Source of the DNA: an uncultured Candidatus Rokubacteria bacterium
GTDB taxonomy: Bacteria > Methylomirabilota > Methylomirabilia > Rokubacteriales > CSP1-6
DNA length: 64,000 nt
Direction: 5' to 3'
Assembly: GCA_963771355.1 (NCBI GenBank)
Contig: CAVYTA010000007.1
Coordinates: forward strand, 640,001 to 704,000
In this document: in pieces, positions 30,942-40,705 of the stretch
How the letters are laid out: each line of letters begins with the position of its first letter
Numbering within the stretch: the first letter of the stretch is position 1
Position numbers and translations under genes: made by a program
The notes under the pieces: generated by a model
Told to the model about the DNA's origin: nothing
Database searches by the model: none
Seen by the model: the letters and a program-made list of their open reading frames with translations, nothing else

Positions 30942-31646
30942 ATGAACATCGACGTCGACATCAAGGCCAATCTCGAAGCCGTCCAGGAGAGTATCGCGCG
31001 AGCATGCCGGAGCGCGGGCCGTGCTCCGGGCGAGGTGCTGCTCATCGCCGTGTCGAAGACGGTGGACGTCGAGCGCATCCGGGCCGCCGTCGCGGCCGGC
31101 GCGGCGGCGCTGGGCGAGAACCGAGTGCAGGAGGCCAAGGACAAGGTGGCCGCGCTGGGCCGGCCGGTGCCGTGGCATCTCATCGGGTCGCTCCAGACCA
31201 ACAAGGCGCGGGACGCGGCCATGCTCTTCGACTGGATCCACTCGGTGGATCGGCTCGAGCTGGCGCGGGAGCTGGACCGGCGCGCCCACGCGGTGGGGCG
31301 CAAAGTGCGGGGGCTCCTCCAGGTGAACCTCGGCGACGAGCCGCAGAAGGGCGGGGCGGCGCCGGGCGAGGTGAAGGCGCTGCTGGACGAGATGCGCGGT
31401 CTCACGCATCTCGAGATCCGCGGTCTCATGGCCATTCCGCCGCAGGTGGCGGACGCCGAGGCGGCGCGGCCCTACTTTCGACGGCTGCGCGAGCTGCGCG
31501 ACGCCGCCGGCCTCGAGCATCTCTCGATGGGCATGAGCGCGGACTTTGCGCAGGCCATCGAGGAGGGCGCGACCATGGTGCGGGTAGGGACCTCGATATT
31601 CGGTCCTCGGCAGGGGCCTGGGGTCGCACGGGAGAAGCGCGCGTGA
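30942..31646 (+). CDS. yggS: PLP homeostasis protein YggS
   Basis: AVSKT, GENRVQE, WHLIGSLQTNK, LSMGMS, VRVGTSIFG. Confidence 0.96.
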   Translation: MNIDVDIKANLEAVQESIARACRSAGRAPGEVLLIAVSKTVDVERIRAAVAAGAAALGENRVQEAKDKVAALGRPVPWHLIGSLQTNKARDAAMLFDWIHSVDRLELARELDRRAHAVGRKVRGLLQVNLGDEPQKGGAAPGEVKALLDEMRGLTHLEIRGLMAIPPQVADAEAARPYFRRLRELRDAAGLEHLSMGMSADFAQAIEEGATMVRVGTSIFGPRQGPGVAREKRA

Positions 31647-32464
31647 GCATCAAGGGCAAGCGGGTGGGATTCCTCGGCTCCGGGAACATGGGCGAAGCCT
31701 TGATCCGCGGCATGCTCCAGGCCGGGCTCGTGCCCAAGGAGGACATCCTCGCCTCGGATGCCCAGCCGCAGCGTCTGGCCCACGTCACCGGGCAGTACGG
31801 CATTCGCGGCGTGGCCGGCAATCGCGAGCTCGTGCGCGAGGCCGACGTGATCGTGCTTGCGGTGAAGCCGCAGGTCATGGGCGCGGTGCTGGGGGAGGTC
31901 GCCTCAATCATCGAGGGCGGAAAGCTCTTCATCTCGCTGGCGGCGGGGGTGCCCACCGGCACCCTCCGTGCGCATCTGGGTCGGCCCGCGCGCCTCATTC
32001 GCGTCATGCCCAATACGCCGGCCCTGGTGCTGGAGGGCGTCACCGCCATCGCGCGCGCGGAGGGGCTGGAGCCGGGCGACCTGGAGACGGCGCAGGAGCT
32101 GTTCGGGGCGGTGGGCCGGGTGGTGCTCCTCGACGAGGACGCGCTCGACGCGGTGACCGGTCTCTCCGGCTCCGGGCCCGCCTACGTGGCCATCGTGATC
32201 GAATCCCTCGCCGACGGCGGCGTGAAGATGGGCCTCGACCGTGCCACCGCGATGACCCTTGCCGCGCAGACCGTGCTCGGGTCGGCCAAGCTCATCCTGG
32301 AGACGGGCGTCCATCCCGGCCAGCTCAAGGACATGGTCTCCTCGCCCGGCGGCACCACCATCGCCGGGATCGCGGCCCTCGAGGAGGGCGGCGTGCGGCG
32401 CACCTTCATCATGGCGGTCGAGCGCGCGACCCTGCGTTCCCGCGAGCTGGGGAAACCACGCTGA
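31643..32464 (+). CDS. proC: Pyrroline-5-carboxylate reductase
   Basis: GFLGSGNMG, LAVKPQ, RVMPNT, SGSGPAY, SSPGGTT. Confidence 0.96.
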   Translation: MSIKGKRVGFLGSGNMGEALIRGMLQAGLVPKEDILASDAQPQRLAHVTGQYGIRGVAGNRELVREADVIVLAVKPQVMGAVLGEVASIIEGGKLFISLAAGVPTGTLRAHLGRPARLIRVMPNTPALVLEGVTAIARAEGLEPGDLETAQELFGAVGRVVLLDEDALDAVTGLSGSGPAYVAIVIESLADGGVKMGLDRATAMTLAAQTVLGSAKLILETGVHPGQLKDMVSSPGGTTIAGIAALEEGGVRRTFIMAVERATLRSRELGKPR

Positions 32465-32465
32465 C

Positions 32466-32732
32466 ATGTTCCCCTACCAACTCGTCAACTTCATCGGCTG
32501 GCTGCTGAACCTTTACTCCTGGGTGATCATCGCCGCCGCCCTCATCACGTGGGTGAGCCCGGATCCCCGCAACCCGATCGTGCAGTTCCTCCACCGCATC
32601 ACCGAGCCCGTGCTCGCGCCGGTGCGCCGGCTGCTGCCGCCGTGGAAGACGGGCGGGCTCGACCTCTCGCCCCTCATCGTGCTCATCGCCATCCAGTTCG
32701 TCGAGCGGGTGATCCTGCCGTCGCTGTACTGA
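32466..32732 (+). CDS. yggT: YggT family membrane protein
   Basis: NPIVQFLHRITEPVLAPVRR, LDLSPLI. Confidence 0.92.
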   Translation: MFPYQLVNFIGWLLNLYSWVIIAAALITWVSPDPRNPIVQFLHRITEPVLAPVRRLLPPWKTGGLDLSPLIVLIAIQFVERVILPSLY

Positions 32733-32742
32733 GGAGGGAACC

Positions 32743-33219
32743 GTGCGCATCACACCCATGGACATTCGGCAGCAGCAGTTCACCGTGCGAGTGTTCCGCG
32801 GCTTCGACGTCCAGGAAGTGGACACCTTCCTCGAGGACGTCGCCCAGGACTACGAGGCGCTGATCAAGGAGAACGCGCTCCTGAAGGAGCAGCTCCAGGT
32901 GCTGGAGGACCGCACGCGCGGCCTCGAGGACCGGGAGAAGGTGCTCCAGCAGACGCTTGTCTCCAGCCAGCAGTTCGCCGAGGAGATCAAGGAAAGCGCG
33001 CGGCGCGAGGCGGCCCTGTTGCTGCGGGAGGCCGAGCTGGAGGGGGAGAAGCTCCTCGAATCCAACCGCACCGAGGAGGCCATGCTCCGCAACGAGATCC
33101 TCCAGCTCAAGCGGCAGCGGCGCCAGGTGGCGGAGGGGCTCCGCGCCACCCTCGACATGTACCAGCGCATGCTCGACCAGGACATCAGAGACGAGCCCGC
33201 CTCCGGCTCGGAGGGCTGA
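32743..33219 (+). CDS. divIVA: DivIVA domain protein
   Basis: ITPMDIRQQQF...FRGFDVQEVDTFL followed by coiled coil; RBS GAGGAGG. Confidence 0.93.
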   Translation: MRITPMDIRQQQFTVRVFRGFDVQEVDTFLEDVAQDYEALIKENALLKEQLQVLEDRTRGLEDREKVLQQTLVSSQQFAEEIKESARREAALLLREAELEGEKLLESNRTEEAMLRNEILQLKRQRRQVAEGLRATLDMYQRMLDQDIRDEPASGSEG

Positions 33220-33227
33220 CGGGGCGG

Positions 33228-33524
33228 ATGATGGAGCTGCTCCGCGTCCGGGTGCAGCCGGGCGCCGCGCGCGACGAGGTGCTGGGTTGGCGGGAGGACG
33301 CACTCCGCGTCCGGGTCGCGGCGCCGCCCCACGATGGCCGCGCCAACCAGGCGGTGACGCGGCTCCTCGCCGCCGCGCTCGGGGTAGCGCCCTCGGCGGT
33401 GGAGCTGGTACGCGGCGCCGCCGCGCGCGACAAGCTCTTCCGCGTCCGGTCACTCGACGCTGCCGCGGTGCGCGCGCGGCTGGGCGCCGCCCCCCTGCCG
33501 GTGCCGGCGCGGCCCCGCCGGTGA
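33228..33524 (+). CDS. yggU: DUF167 (YggU) family protein
   Basis: VRVQPGA, APPHDGRAN, GAAARDK. Confidence 0.88.
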   Translation: MMELLRVRVQPGAARDEVLGWREDALRVRVAAPPHDGRANQAVTRLLAAALGVAPSAVELVRGAAARDKLFRVRSLDAAAVRARLGAAPLPVPARPRR

Positions 33525-34534
33525 TCTCGCCCCTTCGCTGGGCCGGCGACCGGCTGGTCCTCATGGACCAGACCCGGCTCCCCGTCGAGGAGGTGGAACG
33601 GAGCTGCGCCACCTGGCCCGAGGTGGCCGACGCCATCCGCACCCTCGTCGTTCGCGGCGCGCCCGCGATCGGGGTGGCGGCCGCCTTCGGGGTGGCGCTG
33701 GCCGCGCGGCGGAGCGGCGCGCGCGACTTCGAGGGGCTCCTCGCCGACCTCGAGGAGGCCATCAAGGGGCTGGGCGCCACGCGCCCCACCGCGGTCAATC
33801 TCTTCTGGGCGCTGGAGCGCATGCGGCGGCTCGTCCTCGCCGGCCGAGGGCGGCCCCTGGACGAGATCCGCGCGGGTCTCCTCACGGAGGCGCAGGCCAT
33901 CCTCGACGAGGATCTCGCCGCCAACCGGGCCATGGGCGCGCACGGCGCGGCGCTGGTCCCCGCCGGCGCGCGCATCCTCACCCACTGCAATGCGGGCGCG
34001 CTGGCCACCGCGGGCTATGGCACCGCGGTGGGGGTGATCCGCGCCGCGCATGCCCAGGGCAAGGTGGCGCTGGTGTGGGTGGACGAGACGCGCCCCGTGC
34101 TCCAGGGCTCACGCCTCACCGCCTGGGAGATGGTGAAGGAGGGCATCCCGCACCGCCTCATCTCGGACGTGGCCGCGGCCTCGGTGATGCAGCGCGGTGA
34201 GGTGGACCTGGTGGTCACCGGCGCCGACCGTATCGCCGCCAACGGCGACACCGCGAACAAGATCGGCACCTATGGCGTGGCGGTGCTGGCCCGCCACCAC
34301 GGCATCCCGTTCTACGTGGCGGCGCCGTTCTCCACCATTGACCCCGCCATCGCGTCCGGCGCCGCCATCGTGATCGAGGAGCGGGATCCCGCCGAGGTGC
34401 GGCAGCTCGGCGGACGCCAGATCGCGCCCTCCGAGTCCCCCGTCTACAACCCCGCCTTCGACGTGACGCCGGCCGAGCTGATCGGCGCCATCATCACCGA
34501 GCGCGGGGTCTACCGGCCGCCCTACGCCTTCTAG
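33521..34534 (+). CDS. mtnA: S-methyl-5-thioribose-1-phosphate isomerase
   Basis: DQTRLP, VRGAPAIG, RPTAVNL, THCNAGALAT, ETRP, GADRI, NKIGT, NPAFDVTP. Confidence 0.96.
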   Translation: MISPLRWAGDRLVLMDQTRLPVEEVERSCATWPEVADAIRTLVVRGAPAIGVAAAFGVALAARRSGARDFEGLLADLEEAIKGLGATRPTAVNLFWALERMRRLVLAGRGRPLDEIRAGLLTEAQAILDEDLAANRAMGAHGAALVPAGARILTHCNAGALATAGYGTAVGVIRAAHAQGKVALVWVDETRPVLQGSRLTAWEMVKEGIPHRLISDVAAASVMQRGEVDLVVTGADRIAANGDTANKIGTYGVAVLARHHGIPFYVAAPFSTIDPAIASGAAIVIEERDPAEVRQLGGRQIAPSESPVYNPAFDVTPAELIGAIITERGVYRPPYAF

Positions 34535-34675
34535 CCGGCCGCCGATGAGGGCCCATCGGCTTCGTTGCCGCCCTCGACCGGGCGCTCAACGTACAGGGAG
34601 TACGCCTCGCGCCCGATCTTCGGGCGGCGCCTCGCCGCTGGACCCTCCTCGTCGCCCGGCGTGCTGGCTGCCGCG

Positions 34676-36232
34676 GTGAATCGAGCGATCGAGTCGGCGC
34701 GCGCCTATCACGACGGGACCGCGCACTCGCCTGCGTCCGTGAGCGCGAGCACCCACCGGCTCGAGTGGGACATCCAGCCCTCGCCGTTCAAGATCTATCC
34801 CGACCTGCCGCCCATCCCCCTGTCGCGCGACTTGCCCACGCTGGAGCTGGACGCGCTGGCGGCGCTGGCGGGCCCGGGGGAGGGGCACGCGCGGCTCGAC
34901 CTCGACGGGCTCGCCGCCCTCCTGTTCTTCTCCGCCGGCATCACCAAGACCCGGACCTATCCCGGCGGAGGCCGCCAGTTCTTCCGCGCCGCCCCCTCCA
35001 CGGGCGCGCTCTATCAGACCGAGGTCTATGTGGTCGCCGGCGACGTGGCGGGCCTGCCCGCCGGGATCTATCACTTCTCGCCGGGTGACTTCGCCCTTCG
35101 CCGGCTGCGCGAGGGCGACTTCCGGGCCGCGCTCGCGGTGGCGGCCGCGGATGACGGGATCGCCGGCCGCCAGGCCACCGTGGTCCTCACCGCCATCTAC
35201 TGGCGGAACACCTGGAAGTACCAGGCCCGCGGCTACCGCCACCTGTTCTGGGACTCGGGGAGCCTCCTGGCCAACCTCCTCGCCTGCGCCACCGCACTCG
35301 ACACGCCCGCGCGGCTCGTCACCGGCTTTGTCGAGCGCGACGTCAACGGCCTTCTGGGCATCGACGCCGAGAAGGAAGGCGCCCTCGTCCTGGCCCCCGT
35401 GGGCCTCGAGGGCCCGGCCGCCGGCATCGCCCCCTTGGTCGGCCTCCTCGACCACGCGGTGGTTCCACTCTCCTCCAGCGAGGTGGACTACCCCGTGCTG
35501 CGCGACGCGTACTACAACTCCAGCTTCGACTCCGAAGCCGAAGTCCTGGACTGGCGCGAATCACCAGCCGGCCAACCCCCAACCACTCCCGCGGCCGAGC
35601 TAACCCGTCGCCCCCTCCCGCCGCCGAAACTCGCGGCCGGGCGCTCGCTGGCGGCCACCATCATGCGCCGCGGGTCCACGCGCCAGTTCTCGGGCGAGCC
35701 GATCAGCGCGGTGGAGCTCGCCACCGCGCTCTTCCACGCCTCGCGCGGCTGGCCGGCCGACGTGCCCGCCGGCTTCGTGGAGCTTTTCGTCAATGTTCAT
35801 GCGGTCGAGGGGGTCGAGCCGGGGGCCTATCACTACGATCGGACGGGGCACGCGCTCGAGCTGATCCGCCGCGGGGACTTCCGGCGCGAGTCGGGCTTTC
35901 TCTCCCTCGGCCAGATGCTGGGTGGGGCCTCGAGCGCCACCGTGTTCTTCCTGGCGGACCTCGGCGAGATCCTCCCGCGCTGGGGCAATCGCGGGTACCG
36001 GGTCGCCAACCTGGAGGCCGGGTTCATCGGCGGCCGGCTCTATCTCGCGGCCTATGCCCAGGGCTTCGGCGCCACCGGCCTCACCTTCTATGACCGCGCG
36101 GTGGTGGAGTTCTTCTCCCCCGCCTCCGCGGGGCTCGACGCGCTCTTCGTCACCGCGCTGGGCCGCTCCGCGTCCAGCAAGGGCGCGGCCCCCGCCCCGG
36201 CAGGTTTGCTCCGCCCCCGCGTCATCTGCTAA
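34676..36232 (+). CDS. SagB/ThcOx-like FMN-dependent dehydrogenase (tandem nitroreductase domains)
   Basis: FRAAPSTGALY, WKYQARGYR, second domain RRGSTRQF...RGYRVANLEAG; start uncertain. Confidence 0.85.
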   Translation: MNRAIESARAYHDGTAHSPASVSASTHRLEWDIQPSPFKIYPDLPPIPLSRDLPTLELDALAALAGPGEGHARLDLDGLAALLFFSAGITKTRTYPGGGRQFFRAAPSTGALYQTEVYVVAGDVAGLPAGIYHFSPGDFALRRLREGDFRAALAVAAADDGIAGRQATVVLTAIYWRNTWKYQARGYRHLFWDSGSLLANLLACATALDTPARLVTGFVERDVNGLLGIDAEKEGALVLAPVGLEGPAAGIAPLVGLLDHAVVPLSSSEVDYPVLRDAYYNSSFDSEAEVLDWRESPAGQPPTTPAAELTRRPLPPPKLAAGRSLAATIMRRGSTRQFSGEPISAVELATALFHASRGWPADVPAGFVELFVNVHAVEGVEPGAYHYDRTGHALELIRRGDFRRESGFLSLGQMLGGASSATVFFLADLGEILPRWGNRGYRVANLEAGFIGGRLYLAAYAQGFGATGLTFYDRAVVEFFSPASAGLDALFVTALGRSASSKGAAPAPAGLLRPRVIC

Positions 36233-36273
36233 CGTGGGTAGGTCATGCCACCCTTCGGGATAGGGAGCCCTCG

Positions 36274-37417
36274 ATGAAGAAGTATCAGCTCATGGCGCCC
36301 GGGCCCTACTCCGGTGCCGCCGAACGTGCTGCTGGCCATGGCCCAGCCCATGATCCACCACCGCACGCCCGAGTACGACGCCCTCTTCGCCGCGGTGCGC
36401 GCCGGGCTCAAGCGGCTGTTCCAGACCAAGGAGGAGGTGCTGCCGTTCGCCTCCTCCGGCACCGGCTCCATGGAGGCCGCGGTGGCCAATACCCTGTCCG
36501 CAGGGGACACCGTGCTCCTCCTGCGGGCGGGCAAGTTCGCCGAGCGCTGGGAGGAGATCTGTCAGGCCTACGGCGTGACCGTGGTGCCGCTGTCCGCGCC
36601 CTTCGGCGACACCGTACCCGCTGCCGCGTTCGCCGAGGCGCTGCGCCGCCGCCCCGAGGTCAAGGCCGTGCTCATGCAGCACAGCGAGTCCTCCACCGGC
36701 GTGCTCCACGACGTCAAGGGCATCGCCGCCGTCACCCGCGACACGCCGGCCATCCTCATCGTGGATGCGGTATCGAGCCTCGGGATCGCGGACCTCCAGA
36801 CGGACGCCTGGGGTGTGGACGTGGTGGTGTCCGGCTCCCAGAAGGGGCTCATGCTGCCGCCCGGCGTGTCCTTCTGCGCGGTGTCCCAGAAGGGGTGGGG
36901 GCATGTCCGGACGTCCCGGCTCCCGAGGTACTACTTCGACTTCACCGCCGAGGCCAAGTCGGTGGCGAAGGGCGAGGCGCACTTCACGCCCGCCGTCTCC
37001 ATCATGCTCGGTCTCCGTGAAGTCCTGCGCATGCTCGAAGCCGAAGGGCTCGCCAACGTCTTCCGGCGGCACGACCGTCTCGCCCGCGCCACGCGCGCCG
37101 GCGTGGAGGCACTGGGGCTCGAGATCTTCGCCAAGGCCACGCCGAGCCCGGCGCTGACGCCGGTGGTGGCGCCGGCGGGCCTCGATAGCGAGAAGATCCT
37201 CGCGGCCTTTTCCTCCTCCCACAACATCACCATCGCGGGCGGGCAGGGGGAGATGAAGGGCAAGGTGTTCCGGCTCGGCCACATGGGCTATGTGGCGGAG
37301 TTCGACGTCATCACCGCGCTGGCCGCGCTGGAGCAAGTGCTCCAGGAGCTGGGGCACCCGGTGGACTTCGGCGCCTCCGTGCGCGCGGCCCAGAAGGTCT
37401 TCGCCGAGCGGGGCTAG
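36274..37417 (+). CDS. Class V aminotransferase (serine-pyruvate/phosphoserine aminotransferase-like); frameshift near 36301-36306
   Basis: MAPGP(fs)TPVPP, ESSTG, VDAVSS, SQKGLMLPPG (PLP lysine), FRLGHMG. Confidence 0.9.
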
Positions 37418-37423
37418 CCTCCG

Positions 37424-38044
37424 GTGCGTCTCTTCCTCCTCCGTCACGCGCAGACCGTCTGGAACCAGGAGCGCCGGTACCAGGGCTGGACGGACTCCGC
37501 CCTCACGGATCTCGGCCGGAGCCAGGCCGAGGCCGCCGCCAAGGCGCTCGGCGCCGAGCCGCTGGTGGCGGTCTACGCGAGCACGCTCATCCGCGCGCGC
37601 GACACCGCGGCGGCCATCGCCGCCCCGCATGGGCTTCCCGTGCACGAGGACGCGGACTTCCGCGAGATGGCCCTCGGCGCCTGGGAGGGCCTCACGCTGG
37701 ACGAGGCGCGGGCCAAGGATCCCGACGGCTATCGGATCTGGGCGGAGACGCCCGAGCTCTTCACCGCGCCGGGCGGCGAGACCCTCGCCGACGTGCGGAG
37801 CCGGGTGCTGGCGGCGCTGGGCCGGCTGCGCGCCGCGCACGAGGGCAAGAGCGTGTGCCTGGTGGCGCACGGCCTCTCCGCGCGCGTCATCATCCTGGAA
37901 GCGCTGGACATGCCGCTGTCGCGCGTGTGGTCCATTCACCTCGGCTCGACCGGCATCTCGGAGCTCGAGTTTCGCCCGGACTGGACGGCGTTGCACCGGA
38001 TGAACACCCTGGTGCATCTCGACGCCGTTCCCGCCGCCCGCTGA
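37424..38044 (+). CDS. Histidine phosphatase family protein (phosphoserine phosphatase/PhoE-like)
   Basis: LLRHAQTVWN, QGWTD, RARDTA, EMALGAWEG, PGGE, VAHG. Confidence 0.88.
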   Translation: MRLFLLRHAQTVWNQERRYQGWTDSALTDLGRSQAEAAAKALGAEPLVAVYASTLIRARDTAAAIAAPHGLPVHEDADFREMALGAWEGLTLDEARAKDPDGYRIWAETPELFTAPGGETLADVRSRVLAALGRLRAAHEGKSVCLVAHGLSARVIILEALDMPLSRVWSIHLGSTGISELEFRPDWTALHRMNTLVHLDAVPAAR

Positions 38045-38059
38045 GGGCCGGCCCGGACC

Positions 38060-39380
38060 ATGGAGCGCCGTCCGTCGACGTCTCAGCTGCCCAAGGGCGT
38101 GAAGATCTACCTGCCCGACGAGGCCGCCACCAAGCGCGTGGTGGAGGAGCGCCTGCTCGGCGTCTTCCGCCGCTGGGGCTATCGCGAGGTGGTGACGCCC
38201 ACCTACGAGTACTTCGACGTGCTGTCCAAGGGGACGGACCACGAGCTGCAGGAAGGCATGTTCAAGATGGTGGACCGGGAGAGCGGGCGCCTGCTCGCCC
38301 TCCGCGCGGACATCACCCCCCAGATCGCGCGCATCGTGGCCACGCGGATGCGGGACGAGCCCAAGCCCCTGCGGCTCGGCTACGTCACCAATGTCTTCCG
38401 CTTCGACGAGCCGCAGGTGGGCCGCTATCGCGAGTTCTACCAGGCGGGCGTGGAGCTGGTGGGGCTGCCCAACCCCGAGGGTGACGCGGAGATGATCGCC
38501 ATGTCGGTGGAAGGCCTGCGGGCCCTCGGCCTGTCGGAGTTCCAGATCGACGTGGGCCAGACCGGCTTCTTCCGCGGCATCCTCGAGGATCTCGGCGCGG
38601 ATGGGGAGACCGCGCGCGGGCTGCGCTCCGCGCTGGCGCGCAAGGACGTCTCCGCGCTGGAGCGCCGGGTGGCGGACCTGGGCGCCCCGGCCACGGTGAC
38701 GGAGCTGCTCCTCGCGCTCCCCACGCTGTACGGCCGCGGCGACGTGCTGGACCGCGCGGAGGCGCTGGTGAAGAACGCGCGCTCGGAGGCGGCGCTGGCC
38801 AACCTCGCCGAGGTGTACCGGCTCCTCCGCCTCTACGGCCTCGCCGACAGCGTGCTGCTCGACCTGGGCGAGGTGCGCGGGTTCGACTATTACTCGGGCG
38901 TGCACTTCGAGGCTTACGTGTCCGGGCTGGGCGCTCCCCTGGTGGGCGGCGGCCGCTACGATCAGATGCTCGCCCATTTCGGTTACGACTGCCCCGCCAC
39001 CGGCTTCGCGTTCGAGGTGGGCCGGGCGCTGCTCGCCCTGGAGTCGCAGGGGGCGGCTCCGGCGCTGGCGGGTCCGGACTTCTTCATCATCGACTTCACC
39101 CCCGACAAGACGCGAGCCCTCGCGCTCGCCCGGCGCTACCGCGACCTCGGCGCGGCGGTGGCCCGTGACATCATCATCCGCGGGCTCGAGGACTCCGTCG
39201 CCTACGCGCGCCAGCAGCGGGCCCGCTGGGTGCTGGCGATCGGCGGCCCGGAGCCGTCAGCCCGACGAGGTGCGGGTGCTGGATCTCCAGGGAGGCGCCG
39301 AGCGGATCATCGCGGTGGCCGAGCTCCTCGCCGATCCGGAGCGCCATTTCCCGGGACTCAGGAGCAGAGGTCATGCCTAA
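38060..39380 (+). CDS. hisZ: ATP phosphoribosyltransferase regulatory subunit; frameshift near 39261-39263
   Basis: LRADITPQIAR, REFYQAGVEL, FDYYSG, GGGRYD; removing one C restores ...DEVRVLDL...RGHA* overlapping the purA start. Confidence 0.9.
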
Positions 39381-40704
39381 CATCGTGATCGTGGGCGCGC
39401 AGTGGGGCGACGAGGCCAAGGGCAAGCTGGTGGACGTCCTGGCCCCGCACGTGGACGCGGTGGTGCGCTATCAGGGCGGCAACAACGCCGGGCACACCGT
39501 CATCGTGGGGCGCGAGAAGTTCGTCTTCCAGTCGCTGCCCTCGGGCATCCTCCGCCCGGGCTGCCGGTCCGTGATCGGCTGCGGGGTGGTGGTGGATCCC
39601 GCGTCCATGATCGAGGAGATGGAGGCGCTGGTGCAGCGCGGGGTGGCCCTGGACGGGAACCTCTACATCTCCAAGAACGCGCACCTGATCATGCCGTATC
39701 ACCCCGCGCTGGACCGCGCGTCGGAGTCGAAGGCGGGCAAGCGGCGCATCGGCACCACCGGCAAGGGCGTGGGACCCGCCTACGCGGACAAGGCCGCCCG
39801 CATCGGCATCCGCATGGCCGACCTCCTCGATCCCCAGCTCTTCCGCGAGAAGCTCGAGTACAACGTCGCCCAGAAGAACCGCATCCTGCGCGAGATCTAC
39901 GACGCGGAGACCTTCTCGGTGGAGGGGATCCTCGGGCCGTACCTGCGCTTCGCGGGCTGGCTGGCGCCCTACATCACCGACACCGCGCTCTTGCTCTCGC
40001 AGTGGATCGACGCCGGGCGCTCCGTCCTCTTCGAGGGTGCGCAGGGCACCATGCTCGACCTCGACCACGGGACCTATCCCTTCATCACCTCGTCGAGCAC
40101 CACCGCGGGCGGCGCCTGCACCGGCAGCGGCATCCCCCCCACCAAGATCCACGGCTGCATGGGCATCTCCAAGGCCTATTGCACGCGCGTGGGCGGCGGG
40201 CCGTTTCCGACCGAGCTGCACGGCGAGACCGCGGATCTCCTCCGCTCGCGCGGCAACGAGTACGGCGCGGTCACCGGCCGCCCCCGCCGCTGCGGCTGGG
40301 CGGACGCGGTGGGACTCCGCTACGCCGTGCGCATCAACGGCATGGACACGCTGGCCGTCACCAAGCTCGATGTCCTCGATGCCTGCGAGACGGTGAAGAT
40401 CTGCACCGGCTACCGCTACCAGGGTGACATCCTCACCGAGTTCCCGGAGGAGGAGCGCATCTGGCACGAGGCGGAGCCCGTGTACGAGGAGCTGTCGGGA
40501 TGGCAGACCTCCACCCAGGGGCTTCGCGAGTATCACGAGCTGCCCACCAAGGCCCGCCAGTATCTCGAGCGGCTCTCCGAGCTGATCGGGGTGGCGTTCG
40601 GCGTGGTCTCCACCGGGCCCGAGCGCGACGAGACCATCCTGATGTCGGACTCGCCGCTCATGCGCTGGTACCCGGGGCTGCGAGGCTCGATCCCGCCCCG
40701 CTGA
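39373..40704 (+). CDS. purA: Adenylosuccinate synthetase
   Basis: GAQWGDEAKGK, GGNNAGHT, GTTGKGVGPAY, EGAQG, TGRPRRCGW, TKLDVL. Confidence 0.98.
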   Translation: MPNIVIVGAQWGDEAKGKLVDVLAPHVDAVVRYQGGNNAGHTVIVGREKFVFQSLPSGILRPGCRSVIGCGVVVDPASMIEEMEALVQRGVALDGNLYISKNAHLIMPYHPALDRASESKAGKRRIGTTGKGVGPAYADKAARIGIRMADLLDPQLFREKLEYNVAQKNRILREIYDAETFSVEGILGPYLRFAGWLAPYITDTALLLSQWIDAGRSVLFEGAQGTMLDLDHGTYPFITSSSTTAGGACTGSGIPPTKIHGCMGISKAYCTRVGGGPFPTELHGETADLLRSRGNEYGAVTGRPRRCGWADAVGLRYAVRINGMDTLAVTKLDVLDACETVKICTGYRYQGDILTEFPEEERIWHEAEPVYEELSGWQTSTQGLREYHELPTKARQYLERLSELIGVAFGVVSTGPERDETILMSDSPLMRWYPGLRGSIPPR

Positions 40705-40705
40705 C

